Source: Anthoceros angustus
Taxonomy: Eukaryota > Plantae > Anthocerotophyta
Length of the DNA stretch: 64,000 bases
Reading direction: 5' to 3'
Assembly (NCBI GenBank): GCA_010909165.1
Contig: VJWM01000063.1
Location: 186,001 to 250,000 of the forward strand
Shown here: positions 47,901 through 61,700 of the stretch, piece after piece
How the letters are laid out: the number at the start of each line of letters is the position of its first letter
How positions within the stretch are numbered: position 1 is the first letter of the stretch
Translations under genes and position numbers: made by a program
The notes under the pieces: generated by a model
Database searches by the model: none
What the model was told of the DNA's origin: nothing
The model's input: the letters and a program-made list of their open reading frames with translations, nothing else

Positions 47901-48734
47901 CCTTGCATCCTCCATCTGCTGCCGCCTCTCCTCTACTTCTGCGTACTGGAGATCTCCTATCTCCCGAGTCCGCCGGCCTCCATCTCCTCCTTTGGCCCTT
48001 GCTCCATGGCCTTTGTCGCGGCCTTGAGTAACCTCGGGCACTGCTGTGACTCTCTCCACGGTTCCGATCCGTGTGGTGATCCGGTCGCTCTTTGACGGCT
48101 CCTCTCCGCCGCCTTTACCCTCGCCCATGGCTCTGCCGCCTCCGAGTCGAGCTCTCTCTGCTTGTGCCGGGCCTCTTCCGCCTCTGCTGCGCTTCCCCCT
48201 TCGCTGCAAGGTCCTCCGCCCGCTTGGGCCTCGAGCTTGTTTCACTGTCAGACAAGAACCTTGGCCCGGCCCCGCCGAACCGCCCGGCCTGGGCCACACC
48301 GCTTCCTTCCTCGATCCGAGCGAGGGACTCCGCCTTTCCTTTGCCCCTGGCCGCCTTCACTTGCTCTTGGGTTCCACCATCCTCCTCGGGTGGCCTCCAC
48401 TTCACAGGTCTTCTCTGTGCCAGAGACCCCAAAGCATTCCGTCCATGGCGGTAGCAGGACTGTGTTTCTTCCACGGCCGCAAGTGAGGCCCCCACAAAGT
48501 CCGTAGTGGGGCCGGCATTTCTCGATCGCCAGGACCTCCATCTTGATCGAGTAAGTCGGTGGGTTCCGGACCTAATCGGGACCCTCGGGTCACAGTGGTA
48601 GTCGAGTCTCACCCTCTTGGCCCTCTTGGCCTCTAACTCCTTTGTGCCCTCTTTCTCACAGGGCTCGGAGGAGGTGAGGGTCAGAGCAAGCTCTTTTGCC
48701 CCTTCGGGGCAGGCCCGGCTCGGGTGGCCGCGGT

Positions 48735-51178
48735 GACCTCCTGCTCCTTGGGCCACGTCCCTTCTGCCCTCCTTACCGCCTCTTGACCTCTTGCCACTCC
48801 GTGGGGTAAATGCGGCACCTTGGTCTTTGCGTTGGTAAGCGGCACCGTCTTCGCCTCTTGACTCCCGTTGAGTTCGTCGGGGCTCGGCCGTCGTGGTTGT
48901 TGGTGCATTGCCCGGTCTTGGCCGCCAGCGCCCTCCGGCATCGGCTCCCTCCGTCTTGGGCTCGGAGGGCACCAAAAGGAGGAAGGGGAATCTCCTCCCA
49001 AACTTCCACAGGTGGTGAGGGGTTCGCTCGAGACGTATGGAGTCGGAATCCTCCCGATCGTCCTCCTCCGAGTCCGCTTGGTCTTGAAGGGCGACCCCCA
49101 CCTCGGGCGCCCTTGCACGCTCTACTTGGCGGGGCCTCCGGCCCCTCCGGGCGCCCGTTCAAGCTCTCCTCCTTGAGCTCGAAATGTCCCCATACATGAA
49201 TCGGGGTATGGGGTCGGATGGCGAGGCTTCTCGCTCCTTAGCTTGCGTGCCTCACAGGCCCAGCAGGCGAAGATAATCCTTCCCAGTCCGCTCTCTTCCC
49301 CGGGGCTGCGAGAATACCAGCGAGGTTATCACCAAGGTGATCCACCTTGGTGGCGAGTTCAATGGACAATGATCCGGCTACCGCCCTTACTCGTATCGGC
49401 GGATCGGATATCAACCATCCGTTGGTTGTCGCTGCGTTCGAGCCTCGACGCCGCGTGGGTGGCCTCCATCTCCTCCTTCGCCTTAAGGGGCTCGGCTGCG
49501 CCCCTTCTTCCTCCTTGGGCGGTTGTAGGCCATCCTCGGGACCTCCAAGGTCCATCGCCTCGGGTCCTCCGGAGGTTCTTGGATCGGACCTCCTTGTTGA
49601 TCGCCGACATCTTCGGGCAAACTCCCGGACTAGAGTGTTGTCAAAGTCGAGACCATTTGGAACACGTCCGGATGCCACTCTGCACCAATTCCCCTTCCTC
49701 CGGCCGGGCCCGAAGTCGGATAGCGCGGGTCACAATGTTGCGCTCCACGGTCCATGGCTCCCAGACTCGTCGGCTTTTGGGTGCCATTGCCTTCTCCTCC
49801 TCTTGTTCTTTGTGGCTGCTGGCGAGTCGGCCGCGATTTTCCTCCTTCGCGTTGCTGCTCCAACCTTGCAGTGAGCGCGCTCTGTTGGCGCCCAAAAGAT
49901 AGCGCGAGCGGATTGCGGGCGCAAGGGGCTGTGATTATGCGGAGGCTGCGCGGTAAAATGACCTCCTCCTTGAGCCCGTCCCTTCTGCCCTCCTTCGCCT
50001 CTTGACCTCTTGCCACTCCGTGGCGGGGGTAAGAATGCCGGTCTGCGTTATGGAGCGGCCTGGTCTTCCGCCTCTTGACTCCCGTTGAGTTCGTCGGGGC
50101 TCGGCCGTCGTGGTTGTTAGTTTGTCCTGCGGGTCTGCATACGCCCTCCGGCATCGGCTCCCACTCTTGCTGGGCACCAAAAGGAGGAAGGGGAATCTCC
50201 TCCCAAACTTCCACAGGTGGTGAGGGGTTCGCTCAGGGTATGGGGTCGGCCCTATCTTCCCTTCGCCTCCTCCGAGTCCGCTTGGTCTTGAAGGGCGACC
50301 CCACCTCAGGCGCCCTTGCACGCTCTACTTGGCGGGGCCTCCGGCCCCTCGGGAGGCGCCCGTTCAAGCTCTCCTCCTTGAGCTCGAAATGTCCCCATAC
50401 ATGAATCGGGGTATGGGGGTCATTGATAAGCGAGGCTTCTCGCTCCTTAGCTTGCGTGCCTCTGGCCGCCAGGCGAAGATAATCCTTCGATCCGCTCTCT
50501 TCCCCGGCTGGGCATGCGAGAATACCAGCGAGGTTATCACCAAGGTGATCCACCTTGGTGGCGAGTTCAATGGACAATGATCACAGGGCTACCGCCCTTA
50601 CTCGTATCGGCGGATCGGATATCAACCATCCGTTGGTTGTCGCTGCGTTCGAGCCTCGACGCCGCGTGGGTGGCCTATCTTCCCTTCGCCTTAAGGGGCT
50701 CGGCTGCGCCCCTTCTTCCTCCTTGGGCGGTTGTAGGCCATCCTCGGGACCTCCAAGGTCCATCGCCTCGGGTCCTCCGGAGGTTCTTGGATCGGACCTC
50801 CTTGTTGATCGCCGCATCTTCGGGCAAACTCCCGGACTAGAGTGTTGTCAAAGGTCCAGACCATTTGGAACACGTCCGGATGCCACTCTGCACCAATTCC
50901 CCTTCCTCCGGCCGGGCCCGAAGTCGGATAGCGCGGGTCACAATGTTGCGCTCCACGGTCCATGGCTCCCAGACTCGTCGGCTTTTGGGTGCCATTGCCT
51001 TCTCCTCCTCTTGTTCTTTGTGGCTGCTGGCGAGTCGGCCGCGATTTCCTCCTTCGCGTTGCTGCTCCAACCTTGCAGTGAGCGCGCTCTGTTGGCGCCC
51101 AAAAGATAGCGCGAGCGGATTGCGGGCGCAAGGGGCTGTGATTATGCGGAGGCTGCGCGGTAAAATGACCTCCTCCTT
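48735..51178. repeat. Tandem duplication of about 1.22 kb in the 3' region of Gypsy C
   Basis: About 48735-49960 aligns with about 49960-51178; the track shows duplicated peptides (EVWEEIPLPPFGA, KAMAPKSRRVWEPW). Confidence 0.9.
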
Positions 51179-52384
51179 GGCGCTTGTGGAAGTAAGCTGG
51201 CGGAAGGCGCCTCTTCGTTGTCCGTAGCGCGAGTGCATGGCTTACTCGACCCTACGCCCGCTTACTCGCGCCGGCAGCCGCGGGCGTGAATACCTGCGGC
51301 CTCACGGCAAATTCACGGTCTGCCTCTGCAGACCTCCACTCGGGGCCGTCACGTGGCGCCGCCTCGTCATCCTCACGCCTCGCTCCTAGGTTACTTTCCA
51401 CAGCGTACTTATCCTATTTTGACACAGGTGGGTTCGGACTTATCCGTTACTCGGCGTAGTCGGAGCTTGCCATAGTGGTACCGGGTCCGTTGTTCACTCC
51501 AGTCGGAGTATACTCCGAGCCTCGTCGCGCTACCCCAATTTATTCCTCCTTTTGCCTTATTTATCCTTCAATCCTAAAAAGCGAAACCCTACTTATTTCT
51601 TAACTCCCGAGTGCATAGCCCACATACTCCCCTTCTCATCATTGGCGTCTCCGCCAACACTAAGCATGATACTTCTTCACCCGCCACCCGTTTCAGTGGG
51701 CAGACTCTCCATCTAGGCGCGACGGACCGTTGTCATATACTTGCACCACTTGGTACGGACCCATCCATCTCGGTGAAGTTTGCACGGAAAATGCATGTAA
51801 CGACTATCATAAAGGAGGCGGGTCCCCTTCCTTTACATACTCCCGATTCCGCAATGGCGATCGTGCCAAATCTTTATTGGTTTTGCACCAAGCTGCATCT
51901 TCTGAGCTTCTTCCATCCTCTGTCTTTGAACAAACCCCAAGAGTCGCCGAGGGCTTTCCTCTTGTCGATCTCCTTCCATCATTACTCGAAAAGTGGGCAC
52001 TTCAAACTCTCACGGCATTACGGAGAGGTGTAGGTCAAGTAAGGGGTCCGTTGTGTGGTCACCTTCTGCTGTCGACGCACGGTCGGATGGCGGCTTAGTA
52101 TCATCATGGGCGTAGTTCACTGAGTTTATTGATCCTGCGGATGAGCCCATTTGTCTTCTCTGTCGGCCATTGGCCTTAGGATTGTAGGGTGCCGTCTTGC
52201 GATGATTGATGCGAAATACTCCGTCATGGCGGCCACCACATCATTAAGGAAATGGGTTCCCCTATCACTTACCAAGCTGCGGACATCCGTCTGGGTTATG
52301 ATGTTCTCAAATGCAATTTGTACGATGTTTGAGTCGTTCTTGTCATACCGCCTCTACCCACGGTGCGAGTCCGGGTTGCCACCC

Positions 52385-55300
52385 GTTAGAAATGCACCTT
52401 GGCGTTGGTTAAGGTTAGCATAGCTAAACCCAGTGGTCATACCCTTTGGTATCTAGTACAAGAGGTACAACTCTTGACGAGCTATAAAAGCCCACCTCTT
52501 GTAATCAATTGTATCAATTAGTAAAAGCACTATCTTTGATCAAACGCTTCCGCAAAGCACCTTAAACTTGGTATCAGAGCAAAGTTTGATTACTAAGTTC
52601 ATCATGCATTATGATGTTATTTTAGATGTTATGCTACTATGCAACGTCTTTCTAATGCTTTTGGTATTTGTAATAAGAAGCTATTTTATACTTGTTCATA
52701 GTTTCTCTTATATTCAACCAAACATATTTTACTAATAAAATAGTTTGGATTCTTCTATGATTAACCTTTATATTCATTAAAGTTTCATGGCTCATTGCCA
52801 CTCTCATTCTTCATCTTATTCCTAGCTTCTAGCACTCTATCTTCCTTGCTCAAAGACATTGTTTCTTTATTGTTTTACATAAAGTTACAACATGGCAAGA
52901 AGACATAATCAAGAGTATCAAGAGAAGGAGAAGTAGAAAGAGTGCACCCTCGGCATACTATCATAATAGGCTGAATTCTTCTCTTTCAACAACTAGGGAG
53001 CAAGATAGCCTCATGCTATCACCACTTCTTCTAGAACAAGACTTGATGTCATCATCGACAAGAAATCTTCAACAAAACAACATCATCAGGTGGACCTTGG
53101 TCCTCTAGTGATGATCCCGATCTGCTGAGGTGTTGTGGAGATATATCTGATCAGATCAAATTCCTCCTCACTCACAACACCAACTCTCCTCATTATTCAC
53201 CAACTACTTCGCTCCCTCTTCATACATCATTCCAAATTCTAATCATCACAGCAAACACTCTATTATCTACGAAAACATGCTAACTTCTCACATTTGACCC
53301 TCAGCATCACATCATTCAACACACTATCGGATCACATCAGATTTCCTTTCACAATAGCAAACTTCAGTCACATCGACAGAACAAGCTCAAGTTTGGATTG
53401 TCTCCGATCTCGAGCGGATGCTCAATCCAAGAGCGCTTCTTTTCGCCTGGCCTCTCTACAACGTCATGTTCTCATCTCAGAATTTCCATGCTATGTCGGG
53501 ATCTCAAAAACAATGTCGCGGATCTCATTGGCCAACATCTGCATCTTGATTTTTCAGCCATCATTATGGCACGCCTCTCACCCATCGGCCACGTCCAAAT
53601 TCCGATTCCTCCTCGATTTCCAGGCATCGGCCATGATTCTTTTCTGGCAGGCGCCGCTCATATCTCTCACCAGCAGATCGCGTCGGCGCCCCTCCATGCG
53701 CCCTTGGTGGAGAATCGCCCGGCATCGATGAAGATCGGGCCCTTCGTTATGGCCAGCGCGCCGGCAGTCGCGGCGGCCGAACGGTGCCCGGCCGAACTTA
53801 AAGTTTCTTTTCCGTTTCCGAATGAAACTCATAGTTTCTTCGGGTGAAACGGCCCTCCGTTCTTACGTTTGCCCTTTGATATCATCACCGGGTTCCGACG
53901 ATGTGCCTCCTCGCCGCGGGCACTTTTAGCTTCGCCTTATACGCCTCGGCTCTTGTTCTTTCGCTATTCCACTTCAAGCAATCAAACAAGAGCCCTTATG
54001 CCGCCGCCTCCGGCGACATTGCTTCACTATCTTTATGAGCAGCGGGTGCTCGCTCAAAATTTGGAGTGTCATCATCTTTGGGATCATCTTCACCGACTTT
54101 CGATCGGTGCAATCCGCTGCAAGTTCGACACCTTCGCATCTATGCCCCTAATGATGTGGCATAGTTCCGGGCTATTTGATTTTATCTTTGTTTTCATAAT
54201 TTACTCATCAAGCTTTCTCATATACTATATTAGAAGCCCCTTTCTTGTCATAACTTGATGGTGTTCCTTCTTTTATATTATTATATTACTTGATTATCGA
54301 ACTATGGCATCGACGTCCTCTTCTTTGACGCCACCTACACCAATTATTAATTATATGAATGTCTCTTGAATTCAAAGAAAAGACCGTTTTGACACAAAGT
54401 TTGAGATATGGGCCAAGCGTATGCGTTATACTCAATACTGTGACTTGCTTGGCATAGTGGATGGCACCATTCAGCCCTCGGTCCCTCTGCTCTCGACTCT
54501 TGGTCAAACAAGAGGCTTGCACATTCTTATTTCGAGGCCTTGGCGAGTTACCTACATCATCTTGATGGGGCTACTCTGCTGCAGAGGCTTGGCGGCGGCT
54601 AGATATTTTTCAATCTACCAATGTTATGACATTAGTAGCATGCGTAGCAATTTTATTCTTTCGCATGCATAATAATGAGAGCATTGGTACTTATGTTGGG
54701 AAGTTTCGATATCTTGGGCCCACTTGCGCTTTAGGCACTCCTTATCGAATTTGAAGCTTGTGTCCAACTGGCCTCCCTTCCCGACTTTCAAGCATTTGTG
54801 TCCTCTCGAATGGCACTATTCGAGAGGCTCATCAGCGGTAAAGGCTGGCCCGCACACATTTCCATCTCCGAAATTGCCGGCGCTCTCCTTCAAGAGGAGG
54901 CTTCCAGTTCAACGCACTTGAGCATGGTGGTGAACGAGTTATGTTAGTTAGCAAAGGCGTCAACGTCACCCCTCGGCGGCGTCGTCCTCCTCCACACGGC
55001 CCTTCACTGCGCTTCTCGGCTCCTTCGGTCCTTCCTTCTCCAAGCACAGTGGTTCCAGCAAGCCGGTACTTCAACGGTGCAGTTCAGCCCGGGGAGCGCA
55101 AAGAAAGCTGGTGAGCCTCGACGCCCTTCCAAGTCTGCCAATATGGCCTCGACCTCCAAGCAGAAGCAGGCCGACATTGCCCTCACAGTCTGCTTGGTAG
55201 CTTTCGAATACAAGACCTCTTGGCTATTGGACTCAGCTCCGCACATATTTGCTGCCATCACCATATGTTTTCTGATTATCTCCCTGCCGAAGATCAACGT

Positions 55301-58300
55301 TTTGTTCTTCTCGGCGATGACTCCGGCCTTACTATTGCGGGCACTGGCACTGTTACTTTTACTCTTGAAGATGGTTCTGTCCTTCTTTTAAGTGATGTGC
55401 TACATGTTCCGCAAATGGCGAAGAATCTTATCTCCGTCCGACACTTGGTGAAGGACGGTACTTTCAGGCTAGAGTTTGGCAGAGGCGATTGCCTCCTCAC
55501 AAGATCTGTTGCTCCTGGTCGCGTGGTTGCTAGAGGTCGTCCGCGGCATGACCTCTATGTCTTCTCCGCCGTACCAGTGATCACAGCTTCCTCGACCCCA
55601 GCTCCCGCCATGGCCACTGCGGTCGACAGAGGGAGTTCTCGCAAAGGTGACTCCCTATTATGGCATTCTCGGCTTGGACATATTAATCATGATAAGCTTT
55701 TAGAGATGTCTAGGCAGGATTTATTTAGGGATAAGCTACCACACTTTTCCACACTCCTCCGTTATGTGAACCTTGTATATATGCTAAACAACGTAGCTTC
55801 CCTATCCTACTCTACACCTTTCAGACTACTCATTGGAGTTGGTCCATGTTGATCTTTGTGGTCCACTCCCGGTCCCTTCACTTGGCCTTGCGCTATGACT
55901 ATTGTTGATGACTATAGTCGCTATACCTTGCTATTCCGCTCAAGTTGAAGAGTGATTCCTTGCTCCTTTACTCCTTTTGTCACTATGGGTCAGGCAAACC
56001 GTTGCAAGCTTGATTGCATTAGATCGACAATGCGGAGAATTAAATAACCGCAATTTAAGGACTTGTCTTGAGAGGGATTATCCGTCGGTTCGGTTCCTAT
56101 ACTTCTAGAATGGGGTTCTTGAAAAGGCCATAGCGATCTCGCCATGGCCCGCGCCATGCTAGCCCGCTCGGCTCCCAAACCCTTGGGCGAGCGGTTAATC
56201 TGCGGCGTATCTCATAGCGGGGTTCTTTCCAAGTCGGTTCTGGCGGACACCCTTTGAGTCTGGCATGGATATAAGCCTCTTATTACTCATCTTCGGATTT
56301 TTGCCCTATGCTAATATTCCTCTCGACCGCGACAAGCTTTGCTCGTGCGTTTTGGTATTTGTTGGCTATGGCGAGGACCGTAAGGCTTATAAATGGTTGA
56401 CTTGGATACCCATGCTATTGTATATCGCCTCACTTTTGATGAGGCTCGGTTAGCATCGCTGCGTTCGAGTCCATGGATTACCTTGGCTCCTTGACGACGC
56501 TTCTTCCGACCCGGTGACCTTATGCCGAGTTTTGACTCACCCTCTTTCCGGACTACGGTCCTGCAACTTTGCTCCATCCGGCCTCTTCACCTCAAGCGGC
56601 TATACCTGTATTCACCTCGAGAGGGGAAGATGAAGCATTGTTGATCCTTATGAAACAGGCGACTTTGGTGCTCTTAATCCACAAGACCCGAGGCTTCTGC
56701 TCCACCTTCTCCGTAACACTTGATCCAGAGGCGGTATCCTTCGCATCACAACCGAGACACCTGGAATGAGATCCCTTTGATTTAGAGTTCAATCAAGTGG
56801 CTACACCACCACCTGCGAGTCATTTCAACGCCTTGATGTTGCCCTTGAGAGGAGATCCTCTCACTCTTCAAGAGGCATATTCGCGATAAGTGGAAGTTTG
56901 CTATTGATGATGAATATAATTCTCTTATCAAAACAATACTTGGACTCTAGTAAACTTGCCAAAGGCGAACTCATCAAATGCAAGTGGGTTCTCAAAACTA
57001 AATTCCGGAGGTTGAACCTCGTATTCGCTATAAGGCGAGACTAGTGGCTAAGGGTTATAGTCGAGAAGAGGGAGTGGACTATCGTAGGCGATAAGGTTTA
57101 TTCACACGTAGTCAAGCTTGGTGAGAATGCTCCACGGCTTTATGTGCGAGCTTAATCTGAAATTTATCGACTTGATGTTTGTCGCTTTCCTTTATGGTCA
57201 TCGCAAGAAGAGATCTATATGGATCAACGAAGACTATGAAGATGAGCAATACCCAAACAAGGTGTGTAAACTTATTCGTTCTATTTACGGACTAAAGCAA
57301 AGCCCACGTTTATGGTATGAGAGAATGGACTCTTACCTCAAGAAGATAGGGTTTATCCAAAGTGAAGCAGACACCAATATCTATGTACTTCGCAAGGACA
57401 GCTCCCTTGTGCTGGTTGCACTATATGTTGATGACTTAGTTAATCCTGGCAACAATATTGAACTAGTTAACAAGATTAAAGCTGACCTTAGTAAAGAATT
57501 CGAGATGAAGGATCTCGGCAAAGTTAAATATATTCTTGGTATGCATGTACATAGAGATACCACTGGTGCTATCTATCTCCATCAAGGAAGATATGTAGTG
57601 GTATGTTAAAAACTTCAATTTGGAGAATGCGTGCAGCACACTGGCGCCGTGGGTGTTAAGCTTTCATCACTGCTACATCAATCGAGCAGAAAAGAAAGAG
57701 ATGGAAAATATTCCTTATCGTATGGGAGTTGGTACTCTCATGTTCTTGAGTCAGACGGACTGATATCTCAAATCGTAAATGCTATTGCTCGGTTCTCGAG
57801 AATCCAGAAAGGATCACGGGTTGCTCTCAAGCGCATCATGCGGTACCTCAAGGGTACTCAAATTATGGCCTCTGCTTCAAGCCTAGCGGAAAGAAGCATC
57901 ACTCTTGACATGCTTTGTCGATGCAGATTGGGCTTACGACACGAAAAAGTATCTCGACATATTGCTTTCTTCTTGGCTCCACTGTTAATTGGTCTTGTAG
58001 AAAACAAGCTGCAATATCACTTTCATCAGAATCGGGTACAAAGCACTCACGAAGCCACGAAAGAGGTGAATGGGAAGAAAGCTATGTGAAGATTTGGATA
58101 TAGCGGAAGGGCCAGCGATTGCTTAATTGTGACAATATGTCACCATTGCTCTTGTCGCTAATCCATCTTTCATGCGCGAAGCATATTGAGATTCAACACC
58201 ATTATATATTCTGCGAGAGGAATTGTTAAGGTACGTATGTACACAACAATCTGAGATATCTGACAAAATCCTTGCGAAGTTCAAACACGCTTCCACGAGA

Positions 58301-58712
58301 AGGGCTTGGATTGGTTGGTATGTGACTTTTGAAGTGGACCGATCACACATTTGGTGGCGTATCTTATCTCGAGCGTTCGACTTGAAGTTGACTATTGTAG
58401 ACCGCTTGCTTCAATCTTACTTGCGGGTGACGATCGGTGAGTTGAGTTTAGTTGAAGACCGTAGTACTTACAATACTACTCGGTAATAAAATGATTATTA
58501 GTTCTTTGATTTAGATAACCCAACTAGTCGAGAGGAGAGTTAGAATGCACGGAGCGTTGGTTATGGTTACCTTAGCTAAACCCACGTGGTCATACCCTTT
58601 GGTATCTAATCAGAAGAGGTACAACTCTTGAACCACTATAAAAGCCCACCTCTTGTAATCAATTGTATCAATTAGTAAGCACTATCTTTGATCACCCATA
58701 AGCACCTTAAAC
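52385..58712 (+). mobile_element. Ty1/Copia element D nested in the Gypsy C integrase: LTRs 52385-52567 and 58539-58712, Met PBS 52569-52580, approx. 1.7-kb leader, gag from about 54304
   Basis: Paired LTRs, TGGTATCAGAGC PBS and purine tract. Remnants FKEKDRF, WLLDSA, LWHSRLGHIN, RT (YKARLVAKG, IYGLKQSPRLWY, LYVDD) and RNase H. Heavily indel-ridden. Confidence 0.88.
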
Positions 58713-61700
58713 TACCGGATGTATCTCCTTTATTATTGTGTCTTGTGGTGTATAGGTCCAACAAAGTCAATACCCCACTTTTGAAAGGTGCGGTGCCAAT
58801 ATCGGTACTAGCGGCCCTTTGTGTCGTCGGGGTTGGCTTCCGATCCGTGACAAGCATCACACTTCTTCTAAGCGGTGGGTGTCCCCATACATTGTTGGCC
58901 ACCGGTATCCGCTTCAAAATCTTTTGGTGGTGACTGTCTTGCGTAGTGTCCTCCCCAATCCTTCGTGCATTCCCAGCGGCCGCTCATCTCTGCGGTTGTA
59001 AGTACCTTCGTTCTACTCGTCAGGCCCTAATTTGAACACACCGTTGTACATTACGAAGGGTCGAGCATAGTGCACGAATGCCTCCCTCATCCAGTCAGAT
59101 TTTGGGAAGCTCCATTCCCAGTACCGCTCTATTTCTTCGTGGGTCGGACGGCCGCGGACCCTCCCTTCTCACTAAGGCTGCCCGGTTCTCGTAGCTTGGG
59201 GTTGATCGGTGGGCTCCTCGGTTGTACTTTTCTTCTGCGGCAACCAATGTCTCATCCAGGAGCGCATCTTCACGATCTCTCAACACTTTGTGTTTTCAAT
59301 CGTGAAATGCATTTTGGTCTTGCCTCCCTTGTCTTGTTTCCACTTGACGTGAACTCCTGCGGCAACAATATCCACCTTGCTCCGTCGGACGGGTCCGCCT
59401 TATTCACCGGATGCTTGACGCAAAGTGGTCTACATAGAACACAAACTCCAGGTAGCGGTAGTGTCGAATTTCTTGCGGCATATACCATACCCGTGCTTGG
59501 CCTTTGTAGTTGTGTATTTTCGTTCAGCGTGGGTGGTATCGTCCGTAGTATACGGGATAATCCCTTCTCGTCCTTACGGCTCGGCACTACTCCGATAGCA
59601 AAGCGGACACGTCTACATACACATGAAATTTCTTGCTCGATCCGGTCCTCTTAGAACGGGCTTACCAAGGTGTTACTAAATCCGGAAGGCCTCCTCTCGC
59701 TCCACATGACGGTCCAAACCTCCTCCTTCATGATGATTACATCAACTTAGCGCCCTCTTGCAAAGTCCTTAATAAACGTGGTAGTATCCCACCATTCGAA
59801 ACCTCTCGGCTCCTTTAGGTTCGTCGGTGGAGGCGGATGACCGGACCTTGTCTGGTCACCTCGATTCAGCGGACACGATGTTCGACAAGATTCCTCCGTC
59901 ATTCCAAAGTAGCATTTCTCGGGTGTAGGCTCAATTGGAGTCTCGGCGCTCAAGCACCTTCTTAGATGTCCAAGGTGTTTGTCACTGCTCCCCATGCACA
60001 CAAAAATCATCCGGGAATATCTCCATGAAGTCCCTCGAAGTCACGGAAGGCGTTGGTCACCATACGCATGAGCGACCACAGGCGCTCGGTCATCCCAAAG
60101 GCACTTCTCTTGTAGGCAAGCGTACCCCACTCCGTAGTGAAGGTCGTCTTGTCGGTCCGACTCCCTTAGGTGCAATTGGTTATGTATCCGGAGTAGCCAT
60201 CCGAGGAAGGAGTAAGTAGTCCGTCCGACCACCTTGTCCAAAATGTCGTCTCTGAATGGCATCGGAAGTGGTCCTTCTCCGTTCTTGATTGAGCTTCCTC
60301 AATCTTGGCATGCAATTTGTCTGGTTTCTTGGGAACCACCACAATCGGTAGCGACCCACTCGGACGATGGGGAAAATGATGTCTGCCTCGGTACTTATCA
60401 AGGACCTCCTTCACCTTGATCGAATACTTGGGGTTGAGCTTGTATTGTATTCGGTTGGCACGCTCCGGCTTCGTCGATCTTATGCTCTCCCACTTCTTGA
60501 ATGCCCTTCATGTACCTTGACCTTGGCGAACACCTCATAAAACTCCCCGGCAGCTTTAGTCCTTCCTTGGTCAGGAGGCATGCCTTTCTTAAACTTGAGA
60601 ATTTGCTGGCGGACCTCCACTTCTTCCACGTCGTCCGGGTTCCGTCTCCCGTTCCGTCTTGCCTCTGCGTCCAAACCCCTCGTCCTCCTCTCGGGGATCG
60701 TCTCTCGCATCCCCATTCTCGAAGAGCTCGTCGGAGGTGAATCGTGTTACTCCTTGATGTCCTTTTCCTTGGTCCGACTCTTATTTGTCTCCCCTTGTCT
60801 TTGGTCAGGCCTCCTCTTCACTTCCTTCCTCCGGCCCGTTGTGGCGTTTACTCAAAACAATCAACCACTTCCGCCAAAGGCATCCGCGGTAGTCCATCTC
60901 CTCCTCGGACCCGGCGGATCTTGGCGAAAGTCGCCTCCTCGGAACTATCTTGTTCGTCGCCGTGGAGTCCTCCGTGAGGTATACCCGGTAGTGCTCACGG
61001 TTTCCCCACAATAGGTGTCCTTGCTCCGGTGATAGCAACCCTCCCTTCTCGCACCTTAGGGTCCCGTCCACCGGCTTGAAGTGAATCTCCTTCCTTCCAA
61101 AGTGTAGCTTTATGCAGGCCAACCCGACCATGGCAGACAACACCTCATACCCTAATGGTCCGGCGGTTTGATCACAACAAAATCCGGTTTGTAGGGTGCG
61201 CGGCTATGGTGGCCAAGACTCGGTTAACTCCCGCGGATCTCTTCTTGACATATACGCCATTCTCGAGTCTTCGTTGAGGTTGAAGGATGTGAAGCCCAAT
61301 TTTCGTGCGTGGTGATGAGGTTGACTCGGACCCGTGTCCAGCAGTACATCCTTGATGATACATCCAATCTCCACTTGTACCTGGCGCCCCTGGTCCGTAT
61401 GGGACACCACCCTCACTTCCATGCTACCCTTCACGGCTTTGGTGCTCCGTGGGTTTCCCTAACGGCCAGCGGACCTCTTGCGGTATTTGGGTTATCCCTC
61501 GGCGGTATCGAAAGGACACAAGGTCTGGCGATTCATCATCGGTCGCCACATTAAAGGCGAGGCTTCTACCCCAATCGAGGATCCTGCTGCTGCGTCCTCA
61601 TCCTCTCCCGGTCACGTGTTACGGTATTCTCCGGATGCTTGCGCATTTCCTCCTGCAACATCTCGGTCACCTCCGGACTCGTCCGTGGAAGCTAACGTCG

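Noticed and set aside
47093-51238. Numerous 100-330-aa ORFs on both strands as host genes
   Set aside because: They lie inside Gypsy C in GC-rich duplicated sequence and are treated as element-internal.
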